DNA of 54,251 nt, filler included, from Jimgerdemannia flammicorona (Eukaryota): assembly GCA_003990765.1 (NCBI GenBank). It is 3 parts of 3 records of this genome, joined end to end, with 100 filler letters (N's around TTAATTAATTAA, not from the genome) between each part and the next. Parts side by side here need not be neighbours in the genome. Positions count along the whole stretch, not along the records: positions 1 to 18,018 come from RBNJ01002326.1; 2 more parts are not named here. One strand, written 5' to 3'. Every line of letters starts with the position of its first letter. Position 1 is the stretch's first letter. Below the pieces are notes generated by a model, which saw only the letters and a program-made list of their open reading frames with translations, was not told the origin of the DNA and searched no databases. Below, piece after piece: positions 1 through 12,629 of this stretch. Both the position numbers and the translations under genes were made by a program.

Positions 1-1439
1 TTCCTTAGACTTTACCATTTATTACTAGTCTATCAATATAAATACAGTACCCTATTCTACTACCCAATCTCTCTAGGGGAACCTCTCTCTACACTCTCAT
101 ACTTAAAGGATACCTTACTCACCACTACTATAACTCTCCCCCTACTCTGCTTACAAATTTTCTCCACCAAATGATACTGATGTTCTCTCTGCAGGCCCCA
201 TCCCAGACACCAACCCATTAAGATATCTACCATCAACCCTTCTCACCTTATCAGCTACTCTCCTAAACCCAATTGTCTCTCTTTCTCAAAAACAAACAGC
301 TAATGTTCTGCCAACCCCACCTATATAGCTAAAACCCAACCAACAGTGAGCCACTCATTTCCAACTCCCCCCCCACCAATCTATCTCTCAAATCCTCCCA
401 TTGACCCCTCTTACCATCCTCTCTTCTCACAATATCTTATTTATCTCCAACTACTATCCAAAAATCTCTAAGTACTTTATACTCTCCCAGCCAATATTCT
501 GGCATCTACATACACCCCACTTTCTGTCATGTATTGTAACACTCCTCACAATCAAAGTGGCCACCCTCCATAAGATGATCTGAATGAAAGTTGGGCATAA
601 CATTTCGCCTCAGCAAGTACCACCAAACTACCCAGAACTTAGGTGGCAGCCATCACCATATCTCAGTACTCCAGTCCCAAACTCCATTCCAGTCCTACCC
701 CTCTTCAATACCTGCCATCTGCCAGCCACTAGATCATACATCCTGTCCTAACTCTCTCTGGTACTCTACTCCATCACCAATATTGAAGTCAATCAGTAAA
801 GTACCACCCAACAATACTCAATCTCATCCAGACCCCATAGTATCTCTCCCTCAGCCCCCTGCCAGTGAAGATTAATATGGTGTGCCCCGTCAACTACTCC
901 TCACTAGAAGCCCTTATACCACATCTGCCCACTGTTCTGAAGCCCAACCAGAGATAGGAGATCCCCTGTAGAGCCCCTTGGTGAGAACCTCAACTTTCAG
1001 ACCTTTTTTATCAGAGGAACCCAGCTACCACCCCTTAGTTCCACATCTCTCTTCAGTCACCAAGCTCTCAGACAATGTAGTCTCTTCAGAAAGTCAACCC
1101 GCCCAAGGCCTCCTCTATTCACTGGTAATAAAAGAATTTCCCAGCTAATCTGACTCCATCTCTCAGTCCAGATCCAACCTTTGGCTAGCTTTAATAGTCT
1201 TTTCACCACTAAGGCTAGAAAGTCCAGATATTATGCTAAATACTACAGCTTTAGCAGTCAGTAGACATTCAAGATTGAAACATAACCTACCAAAGAGATG
1301 TGACCTCCCCTGCTCTGCAGAGCCTCCCTGCAAATAGCCACTCAGTGCTCCCACCAAGTTCTAGATAGGATTGATCTATAGACTGAAAGATAGATGCCCA
1401 AGTGCTATATAGCATCTCCAGCAGAGACAATTGTTCCAA
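1..1439 (-). mobile_element. L1/Tx1-like LINE, 5'-truncated 3' fragment (ORF2 C-terminus and 3' UTR), degenerate
   Basis: Collinear by eye with 6361-7810 and with the reverse complement of ~34680-36130. Shared 3' end cttagact(t/c)(t/c)accatttatta. Homology stops at gacaattgttccaa (~1439). Confidence 0.9.
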
Positions 1440-2350
1440 GTTCTGAGAGGATTATTGAGAGTGGCAGACATTGGAGCATTGATTGCTCTGAGATCCATTT
1501 CTTCAGTCCTGGCTCCTGGAGATGAATTTGCCATAGACAGAGGAGGAGTTGTTCCAAGAAGTGGAGGGCTTACTGGAGGCTACTTAAACTGTAAGTCAGT
1601 TGCTTCTGGTGTTTGACATTGTCATGAAAACAGCAGACAAAATTGATACCAAAGAGGTCACTATCATACTCAGAACTAGAAACAACCATGTGGTATATAG
1701 AGATAAGGGCAGGGGACCATCTGGTAGCCTTGGTGAAGTTGACATGTTGGCAGATATAGATGCTTTCAGCTATATAGAATTCAATCTGGAGAGAATCTTG
1801 GAGTTTTTCCACCATTGGAGCAACAATAGCTTCATGGACCAAGCTTTGGTGAATATTAGCTCTATCACTCTGTAGCTTGAGAGCATAGAGGAGGATGGTG
1901 ATGGGGTGGAGCATATTGTAGATTGCACATTGTGAGTTAGTAAGGATGCAGTCAGCATCTTGAGTGGCTTTGGGGAAATTGTCAAAAAATGCCTCATCAA
2001 TGGAGAGAGTTCAAAAGACACCACCCTTGGGCTCCCAGTTGCAGTGGATGAGCTTCCTGAGGCTGGGGGGAGTGAAGTATACATGGATACATTTAGTAGG
2101 AATGATATTGGTAAAGGTGGGTGAGATAGTAAAATGACTGATAACTCTTGTTCTCATGGTAGTGAGGAATTCCTCATCACTGCTATTATTATTGATGGGG
2201 ATATTGTTATCCATACTATCAGATTGTCTATCAGGTCCAGGAGCTGGGCCCCTGGTACATCCAGTCTGTTAGAGAGAGAGAGAATTGATGACCTACTGTT
2301 GTTTGCATTTAATCACAATAGCTAGATCCAGCAGAGTAGGATAGAAGTAG
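1440..2350 (-). pseudogene. Degenerate ORF resembling the gag-like ORF1 of a DIRS/Ngaro (tyrosine-recombinase) retrotransposon
   Basis: ORFs 2011-2214 and 1570-1914 are one frame broken by a single TGA. It reads ...LSIDEAFFDNFPKATQDADCILTNSQCAIYNMLHPI...QHVNFTKA...DSDLFGINFV..., followed by an S/N/R-rich tail in a shifted frame. This resembles the xRxNxxxA...LFG pattern I associate with DIRS gag. Pattern recognition only. Confidence 0.4.
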
Positions 2351-2686
2351 ACTATGACTACTTCTGTAACATGACAAATAAACTCAGACTATTCAGCCAA
2401 GGTGGTCTATTGCTATTGCTGTTGAAGTTATTTATAGTTCATAGTCAGAAAAAAATATTTTGAGGGTCAAAAGGAAGAAGGCAAACTGCCAAGCTTTCAA
2501 AATAGCTAAGAGAACTCCATGGGAGCCAGGACACTCTTTTATTACTATATTTTACTTCTAGTTTATACAATGTCTCATATATAAGTCTTAGATAGATAAA
2601 TTCACAGTTGCAGATAAAACCAATATATCTAAGACAAAATAAAGTATGCCAATGCTTTCAGGATAGCATAAACAAAACTCTAAAAT

Positions 2687-4173
2687 TGTAAGCATACAAC
2701 CTCCAAGCCACCAAAATTGCATGGCATCCTCAGAACTAATTTGGAAACCACATGCGAGACTACAAAACAAGAGATCATCTGGTTACACGAAATATGCCAG
2801 CAAGCACGAGAACCCACTGCCAAGATACAAGAATACTAGAAGAAGTACTACAACTATAAGACTGACTCTGAACAGCTATAACTAGTTTGGTATACTGTAC
2901 TATTACAAAAAGAAACTGAAAGTACCAAACTCAAATCAAGACAAGAAGAACCCTATTTCACCCATCAAAAGGTTCACAAACTGTACTTATCAACTCAAGA
3001 CCAAGATACACCGTGACTATATAAGACCTCATTACTTAGCAGAAGCAAAACGCATTTGAACAACTCTGTTCGCTCTATCTGTGTCACCTCTGTTGGAGAG
3101 TGACGGACGTTTCATCTGAACTCAAGAAAGCCGACATCATCAAAACCAATCTCAAGCCATCCATGTGACAGATATTACTACTAGAAATTGCCTCAGATTA
3201 CAGAAAATATCATTTCCAAGAGATTCGAACCCCCAGCCATGACATTGGGAGCCCTCGCTCTAGACAAGAATGGCCAGTCCTCGCAAATGCGCCAGCAGAC
3301 CAAAAAAAAAAGAGAACCAAGACCTGTTATCCTTGTACAACCACCGCCACCAAGGATAGCCTTAATCTTGCAAGAGATAGAAGTGATGACACCTTGAAAC
3401 TGATGATGTCAGAAGTCAGAAAACTGTTCAGACTTTGCCAGCGATGATGTCATCAATAGTGATGTCATCAAAGACTAACCAGACAGCGTCTAAACCTATA
3501 AATAGCTTAGCAGTCATAGTATAGTTAGATTAGCCTTGTACGACGTGACTGTGAACTGACTCAGCAGTCAGACGATCTCTTGATATGTCAGATCACACTT
3601 GTACTACGTGACTGCATTCCGACTCAGCAAGGCACTTAGTACTACATCCATATCTAGCATAGCCCAGATAGCCCCTCACTAGTATAAATACCCCCTCCCC
3701 CAGACCTCAGAATCTCAGACTTGAACAATCCGAACATAACTCCTGAGCACTTCCCCACAATATCCCTTTACACAACTACTCCTAGTCTAGCAATATCACG
3801 AATAGCGAATAAACCTATTTAATAACCCACAAACCACTCTTAAGTAAATCTGCTCCCCATTAGGTCCCACTCCTAACCCCATCATGAAATTTCCTAATTG
3901 GGTATTGTCTGCAGCGATATGCCAATTCAACTAAGCTGGTCTTAGTTTCTTGAACTTCCTGAAATACAGAAAATCCTGAACATCCAGAACTAGTCCAAAA
4001 AAAAGGACTTTGGTTGAGATGTCAACCCAATCTTGAAATCAATAAGCATAGAGGACATACTCCATATGAAATTGATCTTGACCATAAGAAAACAGTCTTC
4101 TAGAATATCCAGAACTTCCAGAAAACCCTTCTAGAACTACATAACGGTTACCCTAAAAAGCAACCCTCTTACA
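2687..4173 (+). mobile_element. Solo LTR, family A (1487 bp), with 5-bp TSD AAAAT
   Basis: Starts TGTAAG and ends CTTACA. AAAAT lies at 2682-2686 and 4174-4178. Full-length match to 50964-52500; the 3' ~700 bp match the reverse complement of 28267-28950. TATAAATACCCC at ~3683. Confidence 0.92.
2730..3048 (+). pseudogene. Gypsy integrase C-terminal (GPY/F) fragment embedded in U3 of LTR family A
   Basis: Translates as IWLHEICQQARE..AKIQEY*KKYY...LVWY...TKLKSRQEEPYF. The copy at ~51055-51365 gives KTQEY*KKYYDYK..LIG*LVLVY..KLKLK*KGPYLIHQK..TKIYCNYIRPYYSVEAK. Confidence 0.7.
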
Positions 4174-4178
4174 AAAAT

Positions 4179-6340
4179 GGTCCAAAACCAAGCTAAGCTT
4201 AGTTATTCACTAGTGTACCCCCCAACAGAAGGCAGTTCCACCTCAATATCCTGGGACTCTAGTAATCCTATCCCTCATTGCTCTGTCATCTGATGCTAAT
4301 TCTTCATGCTCCCTCAACTACTCTCTACCAGAATCTCATCTTCTGTCTCTTGTAGATATGTACTAATATGTCTTTTGACAGCCTGGATAGTAGTTGATAT
4401 TGGTTTTTATTGAGAGATTGAGACTCAATCAGTACTAGATCTGGTGGTTCTCAATGTTAGTTATAAGAACTATAGAAGAGAGTCTTCTATCTGGGCTTCT
4501 TGAATTATTTGCTAAGCTTTATTATAGATATCTCAGAGCATGATCTTTGAAGTATATTTATTTTTAGATTTCAGAACTATTGGCTCTAGTTCTTTCTACT
4601 CTATCTCTTTATCTTCAGATAGAAGATTTTCTCTATGAGTTATAGTTTTAAAGATAAAAGGTAATAGAGATAGAGAGGTATTTCAACCTACTCTTTTTCA
4701 TCTTCTCTATCTTATTCTTCTGCCTACTCTTCTAGATGGCCTTTCTACTAGAATATTTCTTTTTTCAGCTAGATAAATTATCTTCTTAGAGATGATTAGT
4801 TGGATATAGATCTAAATCACTTTAGTCTTCACTATTGCTCTTCTCAAAGTCTTCAATGGAGTGGGCTTCAGTCTTCTTGTACTATGTTGCATTCTTCTAA
4901 TTTAGTAGTTCTGAGTCTCTTTAGTCACTTCTTATTTTATCACATTCTATAGCATAGTGTCCAAACTATCTACAGTGGAAGCATTGAATGTGAGCTCTGT
5001 CTTAGGGTGGGTATCTTCTCTCTTCTTATAGCTGGTAGCTTTTATTGTCTCTGGGTGAATAGTCTTAGTTCCTTTATAATATATAAGCTCTGTTGTCTTA
5101 TAAATAGTTCTGATTTTCACTATGTGGTAAGTTTTTCAGTTTTTCTAACCAATTGGTCCAGTTGAGAGATAAGATCTTAAATTTTATTTTTGTTCTTCTT
5201 CTATTCTTTTGTAGGCTCCTTTTCTCTTAAGTTTTTTTTAAAAGATTCCTTGAAGGGTCTTCACCAAGAGATCTTCTTTGTCTTTTTCTTATAATTATTT
5301 CAAGTGGTTCCTTACTTGACATCAAAGTATTCTTGAGCTATATCTATTTGTTTATTAGATTCTTAATATCAAGAATATAGATATACTGAGTATTATTGAG
5401 AGATATTTCATTTATAAAGATTATTAGACCAATGAAGTTTTAATTTGTAGTATTGAAATTTATAGTATTTATTCTCTTCTGAATTCTTATGAAGAATACT
5501 CATAAAGATTCTCTAAGGTTCATTTTCATATCTGTGATGGATTTTTAAATATGCTTCTTAAAAGTTAATGAGAGATAGCTTCATACTGATCGATATAGTA
5601 GTTTGTATTAGCTATGATTTATCCAAGATCAGAGTTTGGATTGTTTAGAGTTCTGATGAAGATTCCTTTAGTTAGTTCTCTTAGTTATATTTTGATATAG
5701 TTCTTCAGAGCTGTGATTTCATTAAGATATCTAGAAATTCCCTTAGGTCTTCTTCAAGATATCCTATAAATATGTAAATTAATACTATTACTTCATTATT
5801 ACTATCTTCTTGTTCTTCTTTGGTTTCTGATTCTATTTCACTTATTATAAGTATACTAGATCTGATTGAGCTATAGTAAGTTGAGAGGATTGAAGGATAT
5901 ATACTTAGTCTTTAGAATACTGGTACTTCTTTTATATTCTTAGAGATATTGAACATAGATAATATACTAGTTCAGATAGGAGTGAGATGAGAGGAACTTC
6001 TAAAGAGAATAAAAATCAGTTGATATAATCTTTAAGTTCTTATATAAGTTTATCAAAAGTTTTAGCAGAGTTTTCTCTATTGTCTGGCTAAATCAGATCT
6101 CTTAGTGGTAAGTCTACTGATACTTCAGGAGTATTGACAAGCTAGACTCTCAGAGATTGAGCTAGTACTGATTGAAAATTTTATACTATACTGGTCTCTG
6201 GTTGAGATCTTTCTAATACTAGATAGTTGGTAAGTCTTGAGGGAATTACTTCTCTTCCTGTCCAAATATTTTTAATAATTTGTTCTCCTATAGTAGCAGA
6301 GATTAGTATTATATCAATGTATTCAGTTTGGCTATAGAGT
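4179..6340. repeat. Highly decayed AT-rich, CpG-poor relic, probably transposon-derived; family not resolved
   Basis: No ORF of 60 aa or more, almost no CpG, and composition like the decayed elements at 39383-52500. No diagnostic motif recovered. Confidence 0.35.
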
Positions 6341-6439
6341 TCTTTTTTATATATATATATAGTTACTTAGACTTCACCATTTATTACCAGTCTATTGATA
6401 TAGTTATAGGATCATCTCCCACTACCCAATTCCCATAAG

Positions 6440-9400
6440 GGAGCCCCCCCCTCACATCTTTATATTTGAAGACCACTTTACCACCCACTATCCCCATCCT
6501 CTCCCCACTCTGCCTATAGATTTTCTCTACTAGTAATACCTCTGACCACTCTGCAGACCCCAATTAAGCCACCAGTCTGTTATAATGTCCTCCATTAGCC
6601 CTTGTCATTGCAACAGCTGCACCCCCAAACCTAGATTCCTCCTTTCCTCAAAAACAAACAACCAGTGACCTGCCAATCCCACCCAAACTGCCAATATTCA
6701 ATCTAAAGTAAGCCATTCCTTTCCCACCCCCCCTCCACCAATCTATCCCTCAAATCCTCACACTGATCCCACTCTCCATCCCCCCTATGCATGACCCAAT
6801 CATTTCCCAACTGCAAACCAAAAGTCACCAAGTACTTTGCACTCTCTTAGCTAATGTTCTGGCATCTGCACAAATCTCCCTTTCTGTCCCACATTGTGAT
6901 ACTCCTCACAGTCAAAGCTTCTTCCCTTGACAAGGTGTCCTAAGTTGAAGTTGAGCATAACATTCCTCTACAGCATATATCACCAGACCATTCAGTACTT
7001 CAGTGGTATCTACTGTTATATCTCAGCACTTTAGGCCCAAACCCCATTCCAGTCTCACTCCTCTCTGATACCCACCAACTGCCATCTGCTGGGCCATAGA
7101 TCCTGTCCCAGCCCCCTCTAGCACTTGACCCCATCACTAATATCAAAATCAACTAGGTGAATACCCCTTAACAGCACTCAGTCCCATCTCTACATCACTG
7201 GGTCCCAAGGTACCTCTCCTTTATTTCCTTACCAGCAAATTCCAATATAGTGTGCCCCATCTACTACCCCCCACCAGAAGCCCTTATATCACATATGGCC
7301 ATTGTTCTGAAGCCTAACCAAGGACAGTAGATCTCCTATAGAGCCTCTTAGTAAGGACCTCATCTCCCAGACCTTCTGTATCAGGGGAACCCAGCTACCT
7401 CCTCTCAACTCCAGCACTCTCTTCAGCTGCCATACTCTCAGACAGTATAGCCTCTTCAGGAAATCAACTAGCCCAAGGTCCCCTCTAGCCACTGGTAAAG
7501 ACAAGACCTCCCAGCTGATTTGACTCCTTCTCTCAGCCCAGATCCACCTCTTGGCCAGTTTCATCAGTCTCTTCACTACCCAGGCTGGGAAGTTCAGGTG
7601 ATAAGCCAAATACCATAGCTTTGGCAACCAGTAGATGTTCAAAATCGAAACATGCTCTATCAGAGACAAGTGGTATCCTCCCCAACTCCACAGGGCCTTT
7701 CCCCAGATTGCAACCCTCTGCTCCCACCAAGGTCTCAATAGGACTGATCCATATACTGACAGATAGATACCCAAGTACCACACTGCTTCCCCAGTAGGGA
7801 CAATTGTTCCAATGACATCTCCTCCCACCAGACCATTGCCTAAAACCATCATTTCATACTTGTATCAATTGAGTTTAGCCCCAGAGTACACCTCATACCA
7901 CTCCACTATCTTCTTGAGCTCCTCAATATCAGTGATTGATTCTAAGCCAACCACTATATCATCTGCAAAGGCTCCAACTTTCCACCCAATTCTATAAACT
8001 GAGAGCTCAACTATCTTCTGCCTAATCCTATCCATCAAAGGCTCTAGGGAAAGAGCATATAGAATAGAGGACAGTGGATCCCCTGGAGCACACTTCTACC
8101 CAAGGGAAATGCCACCCCTCTGTATCCATTGCATATAATCACAGTCCTACTCCCTTCCAGTAGGCTGACCATTGCTGACTGGAACTGGTAAGGAACACCA
8201 ATTCTATCTAATATCTTTGCCAACCAGACCCACTGAACCCAGTCATATGTCTTCTCCTGATCCAGGAAGAGCAGTTGCCCATCCAGTCCACAAGCTGGTG
8301 CCCCTTCAATACATCCATGTACCCAAGCTGTGTTATCTCCAATGAGTCAGCCTCCTACAAAGCCCCACTGTTCGACACCCAAGACTTACTGGGCCACCTT
8401 CTGGAACCACCACCTTAGTAACCAACTTTCTGTTCATATCCAGTAGCATAATTGGTCGCCAGTTCTTCCAGTCCTCCCTCCTTCCCTTGTTCTTATATAG
8501 CAGCATCACCAGCCCCAGATCCTGCTCCTCCACCCATCTCTCTGACTGTAATATTATGTCACACAGCACCAACAGCTCTCCCAGCACCCCAGGGACTCCC
8601 ACCATCCTCTTCCAGAAGTCTTAGGGCAGACCATCCTCCCCTGGCACTGTGCCCAGTGTAGTTGTAACAAGAACCTGGCAGATCTCCTCCTCCTGTACTA
8701 GCATTGCCAAGCTACCCAGCCCTTCTGCTTGTAGTGGGTACCAATCCTCCAAAGTATGGTCAATAGTGGTAGCATCAGCCCCACCCTTCTCCTTACTCCA
8801 TAGATCACTCCACCTCTTCTTTAACAATTCGAGAATATTTTATATGCCATGTACCAGCAAACTATCAGAATCTAATACCCCCTCCCACATCTGCTTTACT
8901 CTCCTCACCTGAAGGGCCCTCATGAGATACTTAGAAGGCCTCTCCCCTTCCTCCAGTCTCTGCTAATATAACTGTGTCATCAAACTCTGCACCCATGCCT
9001 CCTTCTCTTTCTGTAGCACCTATTGTAGTTCCCCAACCTCCATTTTTGCCTATATTAATCTCCACTCCTCCTCACTCTCCAGTGCCACTAGATCTGCCCA
9101 ATCTTCCAGGAGCCTAGCCAGTCTAGCAGAAGCCCATCTCACCCTTCTCCTAGCCTCACTCCAGTAGGCCCTAGCAGCTTCTTTCATCCTTACCCACTGG
9201 GTACCAACTGGGGCACCTTTCTATATCCAGCTCTCGACCTTCTGCTGAATGTCCTCAGCCCACTTGTCTTACAGCACTTATCATCTAACAAAGTGGAATT
9301 GAGGTGCTAATGTCCAGGCCTATCCCCACTCTCCCCAAACTGACCCTACCCTAGCAGCTCTCAATGATCTGACCATAGATACCACTCTGCCTCCAAAGAC

Positions 9401-10044
9401 TTCCAAACATCTAAACACCAGCAGCTCCCCATCAAAATCCAGTCAATCCTCATCTCCAGGCCACCTGCCCAATGCATGTATACCTTTCTATTACTCCAGA
9501 ACTCCCTGCCAGCATCCACCAGAGTACTTAGTCTTTCTACTTCCTCTCATACCTCCAGCTCTCCACTCCTACCCTCAGCCTCCTGCCCTCTGTTAGTTCT
9601 ATCTACTGGTACATCTCTGACCATATTGAAGTCCCCAATAAGCATATCCACTCCAGCCTCTGTAAGAGCCCCACTCTCTCAGAGACCCTTCACCCAATCT
9701 ACACACTCACTCCATACAGCAAGGCAGTAGCAAGAACCCACTATAACTGGCTCCCAATTTGTTTGTATCCACTCTCTCTAAACCAGCCTGTCTCCCCAGC
9801 TCCTCACATTGTATATCTCCCCTCTGCCTCTCCAAACCAGAATCCCACCCTTGCTCTTCTAATCTGCTGCACCTCTCCATTCCTTCATCCATTCCAGCCT
9901 ATCCAAATCATCCTCACATCTGACATTCTGCAAAAGAAAGAGATCAGGCTCCAATCCCTTTAGCTAAGTAAAAATGTTCTGATGCCAAAAAGAACTCTAT
10001 AACTAATTCACATTTATAGAAAAAATATTGGTTGTACTATTCAT
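6440..10044 (-). pseudogene. LINE ORF2 (APE endonuclease, reverse transcriptase, C-terminal Cys motif), disrupted
   Basis: Starts MNSTTNIFSINVN. Contains GDFNMV, KNWRPIMLLDMNRKLVTKV, FLDQEKTYDWV, GDPLSSILYAL, FADD, GAKLN and ILNIYWLPKLWY. Many stops and frameshifts. Confidence 0.88.
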
Positions 10045-10109
10045 AGGGAAAATTGTGAAAATTGTGTAATATATATCAATTGCATCCACTACTGCTCCAT
10101 ATTCACCAT

Positions 10110-11684
10110 CTCCTGTGCTATGTCCAGATTGTATTCAGCAGACACTTCCTCCTCTCCAGCCCTCTTAGCCTCCAATCCAACCAGTAACTCAGTCATCTCC
10201 CCATCCTCCTTTTTCTTGAAATATTCACAATACTCCAGGCAGACCTCCTGTCAGAGCTGCAATCCATGACACTTAGTCCAACAGTAGGTGGCCTGCTCAC
10301 CTGCAACAACTGCCAGCTCAGCCTCCCTCTTCTTATCTACCTCATACCCTTCCTCCTCCAAGTATACTATAAGTATTTCTACCTTCAATGCTACCACCAC
10401 TCCATCACTCTGCAGGATCTATACCCAATGCTCATCACTTATCACTCTAAGATCCACTTCCCCCAACTCTTCAGCTACTAAGTTATTCATCATCCAGCAT
10501 ACCCATAGTAGGTTCCCCACCTCCTTCCCCCCTGGAGTTGCTGGCCTTCCTCTATCCAGTATTATGATATTGGCCTCTGCACTTGCAGACTCATCCCACT
10601 CCTCCTCCAGGACATCCACCAATCTCTCTTCACTAGCTGCCACCACCTGTCCCCCCTTCACTACATCAGAAACTCCAAAGTGCACTTGCTGGACATCATA
10701 CATTAGTACATTCTCTGCCACCCAGCCTCTTGCAGCTAGTCCCCACCTGATAAGAGGAGGAGAAGTATCCTCCCAGACTTCAAATATACTGTCCTCATAT
10801 AAGTTCTTGCTTGGCATCTTCCTTGCCTCCTCCAGACCCACCTCCTCAATCCCTCCACTTCTGCTGGCCCAGACACTTACCTTGGCACCTCCAGTATCTT
10901 CAGTACTACTAGCACTCCTCTTTACCTCTTCCTCAATTTTTGCCAGCAACTCCCTCTGTCTCCTGTATCTCTGGGACCTCTCCCACAGACCCTTATTGAC
11001 ATGGACCCTCTTCCCATCAATAATCTCCAGGTGTGTTAACTCCACAAATACCTTCCAAGCCTTTGCCCTCTGCTCCACCACACTGCTTAGCTCCTCCAGT
11101 GTCTTCAACAAGTCCTCTTCCTCCTCCTCACTCTCCTTTACCCTCATTATCTTATATATAAAGGCTCCCCACACTATTACTGAAGGCCAGTCCCAAGCCT
11201 TTCCAGTAGCCTCTCTTCCTGCCAACTGAATCCAGACATCAACATCTTCTATCTAGAAGGAGGTTCCTTCCCATACTCTGAACCCTATATCAACTACCTC
11301 TCCATACTCTGCTATGACTTCCTCTACTCTCCTCCTTGTCTGTACTGCAGTCACTATAGGAACTCCTTTCACCAGGAGCTACACCACTCTGGGATCCTAC
11401 CTCAGGCAGTGCATTATCAGTAAATATACCTCCCCAATCATCAACCCAGTCTTCAATACATCCTCCAATAGCCCAGCCTTCTCAAATCCCACCTCTACCC
11501 CTTTTAGACCCCTCAGGAACTTAATAGATACTGTGCCCCCCATCTGCTTTGTGATTAGCCCTAGGACCATTTTTGCCATCACTGCTAAGCCTCAAAAGTA
11601 CAAAGTGATGGTAAGCTCTGAGATCAACTTCTTGAGTAATGGGGCCACTGCCAGTCTCATTACACTATCAGCCAGGTCACTAGG
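10110..11684 (-). pseudogene. LINE ORF1, 3' part (RRM-like region plus acidic C-terminal region)
   Basis: ORFs 11397-11582 and 10419-11225 align with 30670-31287, 31315-31716 and 31746-32354. Confidence 0.8.
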
Positions 11685-12077
11685 TGTAATGGTTCGAGTT
11701 TCTAAATGAGGAAGCAACTGGTTCTGGTGGTTCTAAGTAGCTCGAAGAGATACTTAAGGATTCAAGTATTCTCAAAGGATTTCTGGGAGAAAATATTCTG
11801 AGGCTTTATTTATAAGAATAAAGGGGATATTTATATAAGATCTGAAAGAAGGATCTAGAAGGATCTGAGAAATCAAAGGAAAATGCCAAGAGAGAAGTTC
11901 TTGGTAAAGATGACAAATAAAGTTCTACAAGTTCCAGGATATTCAGTGACTAGCTAAATAAGTACTAGTGGATGCTCGGTGCCAAGAATGGATTTCTACA
12001 TATTTGGAAAGTACTGGAAGGTTGTAGAATATTGAGAAAAGACAAAGAAAAGAAATAAACTACACTAAAATATTACA
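11685..12077 (-). repeat. E2 3' LTR (393 bp)
   Basis: TGTAA...TTACA ends; direct repeat of 17284-17644; adjacent minus-strand PPT TAAGGAGGGGGAGA. Confidence 0.95.
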
Positions 12078-12409
12078 TCTCCCCCTCCTTAAGAATCAAT
12101 GTCCTTGTTGAATTCTCAAAGTTATACACAATAAACAATAAGACTAAAAGAAACTTCAAATAAAATATGTTGGCTCATTGGCAAGGACCAGCCATCCTTA
12201 TATAAGGTGAGGGCCAAAGTATCATCTTGATCAGATGAGAACTGGTTTGAACCTCATTGGTTACAAGATTTATAGAGTTCTCCTATATCTCTTATTTCTG
12301 ATGCTATATCCTTTAGAGTGCCCTGATGCTTAATGTGCCTGATCAGCACAGTATGTCATCTACTATCTAAGGAGAGAACCTTATGGGCAGTCAATGAGTT
12401 CCTTTTTGC

Positions 12410-12575
12410 TCGAACTCTTAGATGAGGTCTTGAGAGTTCTTGAGATTGACAGCAGGTTCCCAGGTGGCATCATATTCAGAGTAACCCATCCACTTGACTA
12501 GGTATTCTGTGTGATAGTACTGGACTCATTTGTCTAAGATTTTCTCAACTTCATACTCAATGTGGTCTTCAACTA
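12410..12575 (-). pseudogene. E2 chromodomain
   Basis: EYEVEKILDK*VQYYHTEYLVKWMGYSEYDATWEPAVNLKNSQDLI. Confidence 0.9.
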
Positions 12576-12629
12576 TCACTGGTACTGATGGTGTCAGAAT
12601 TTGGCCAGGGTATAGAGGTGACTGGTTCC

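Noticed and set aside
3215..3282. Functional tRNA gene
   Set aside because: No convincing acceptor stem or anticodon arm; kept only as a low-confidence tRNA-like finding.
10288..11229. 313-aa Ser/Thr-rich plus-strand ORF (similarly 31589-32401 and 31227-31703 on the minus strand)
   Set aside because: Antisense shadows of the G-rich LINE ORF1; the composition follows from strand bias.
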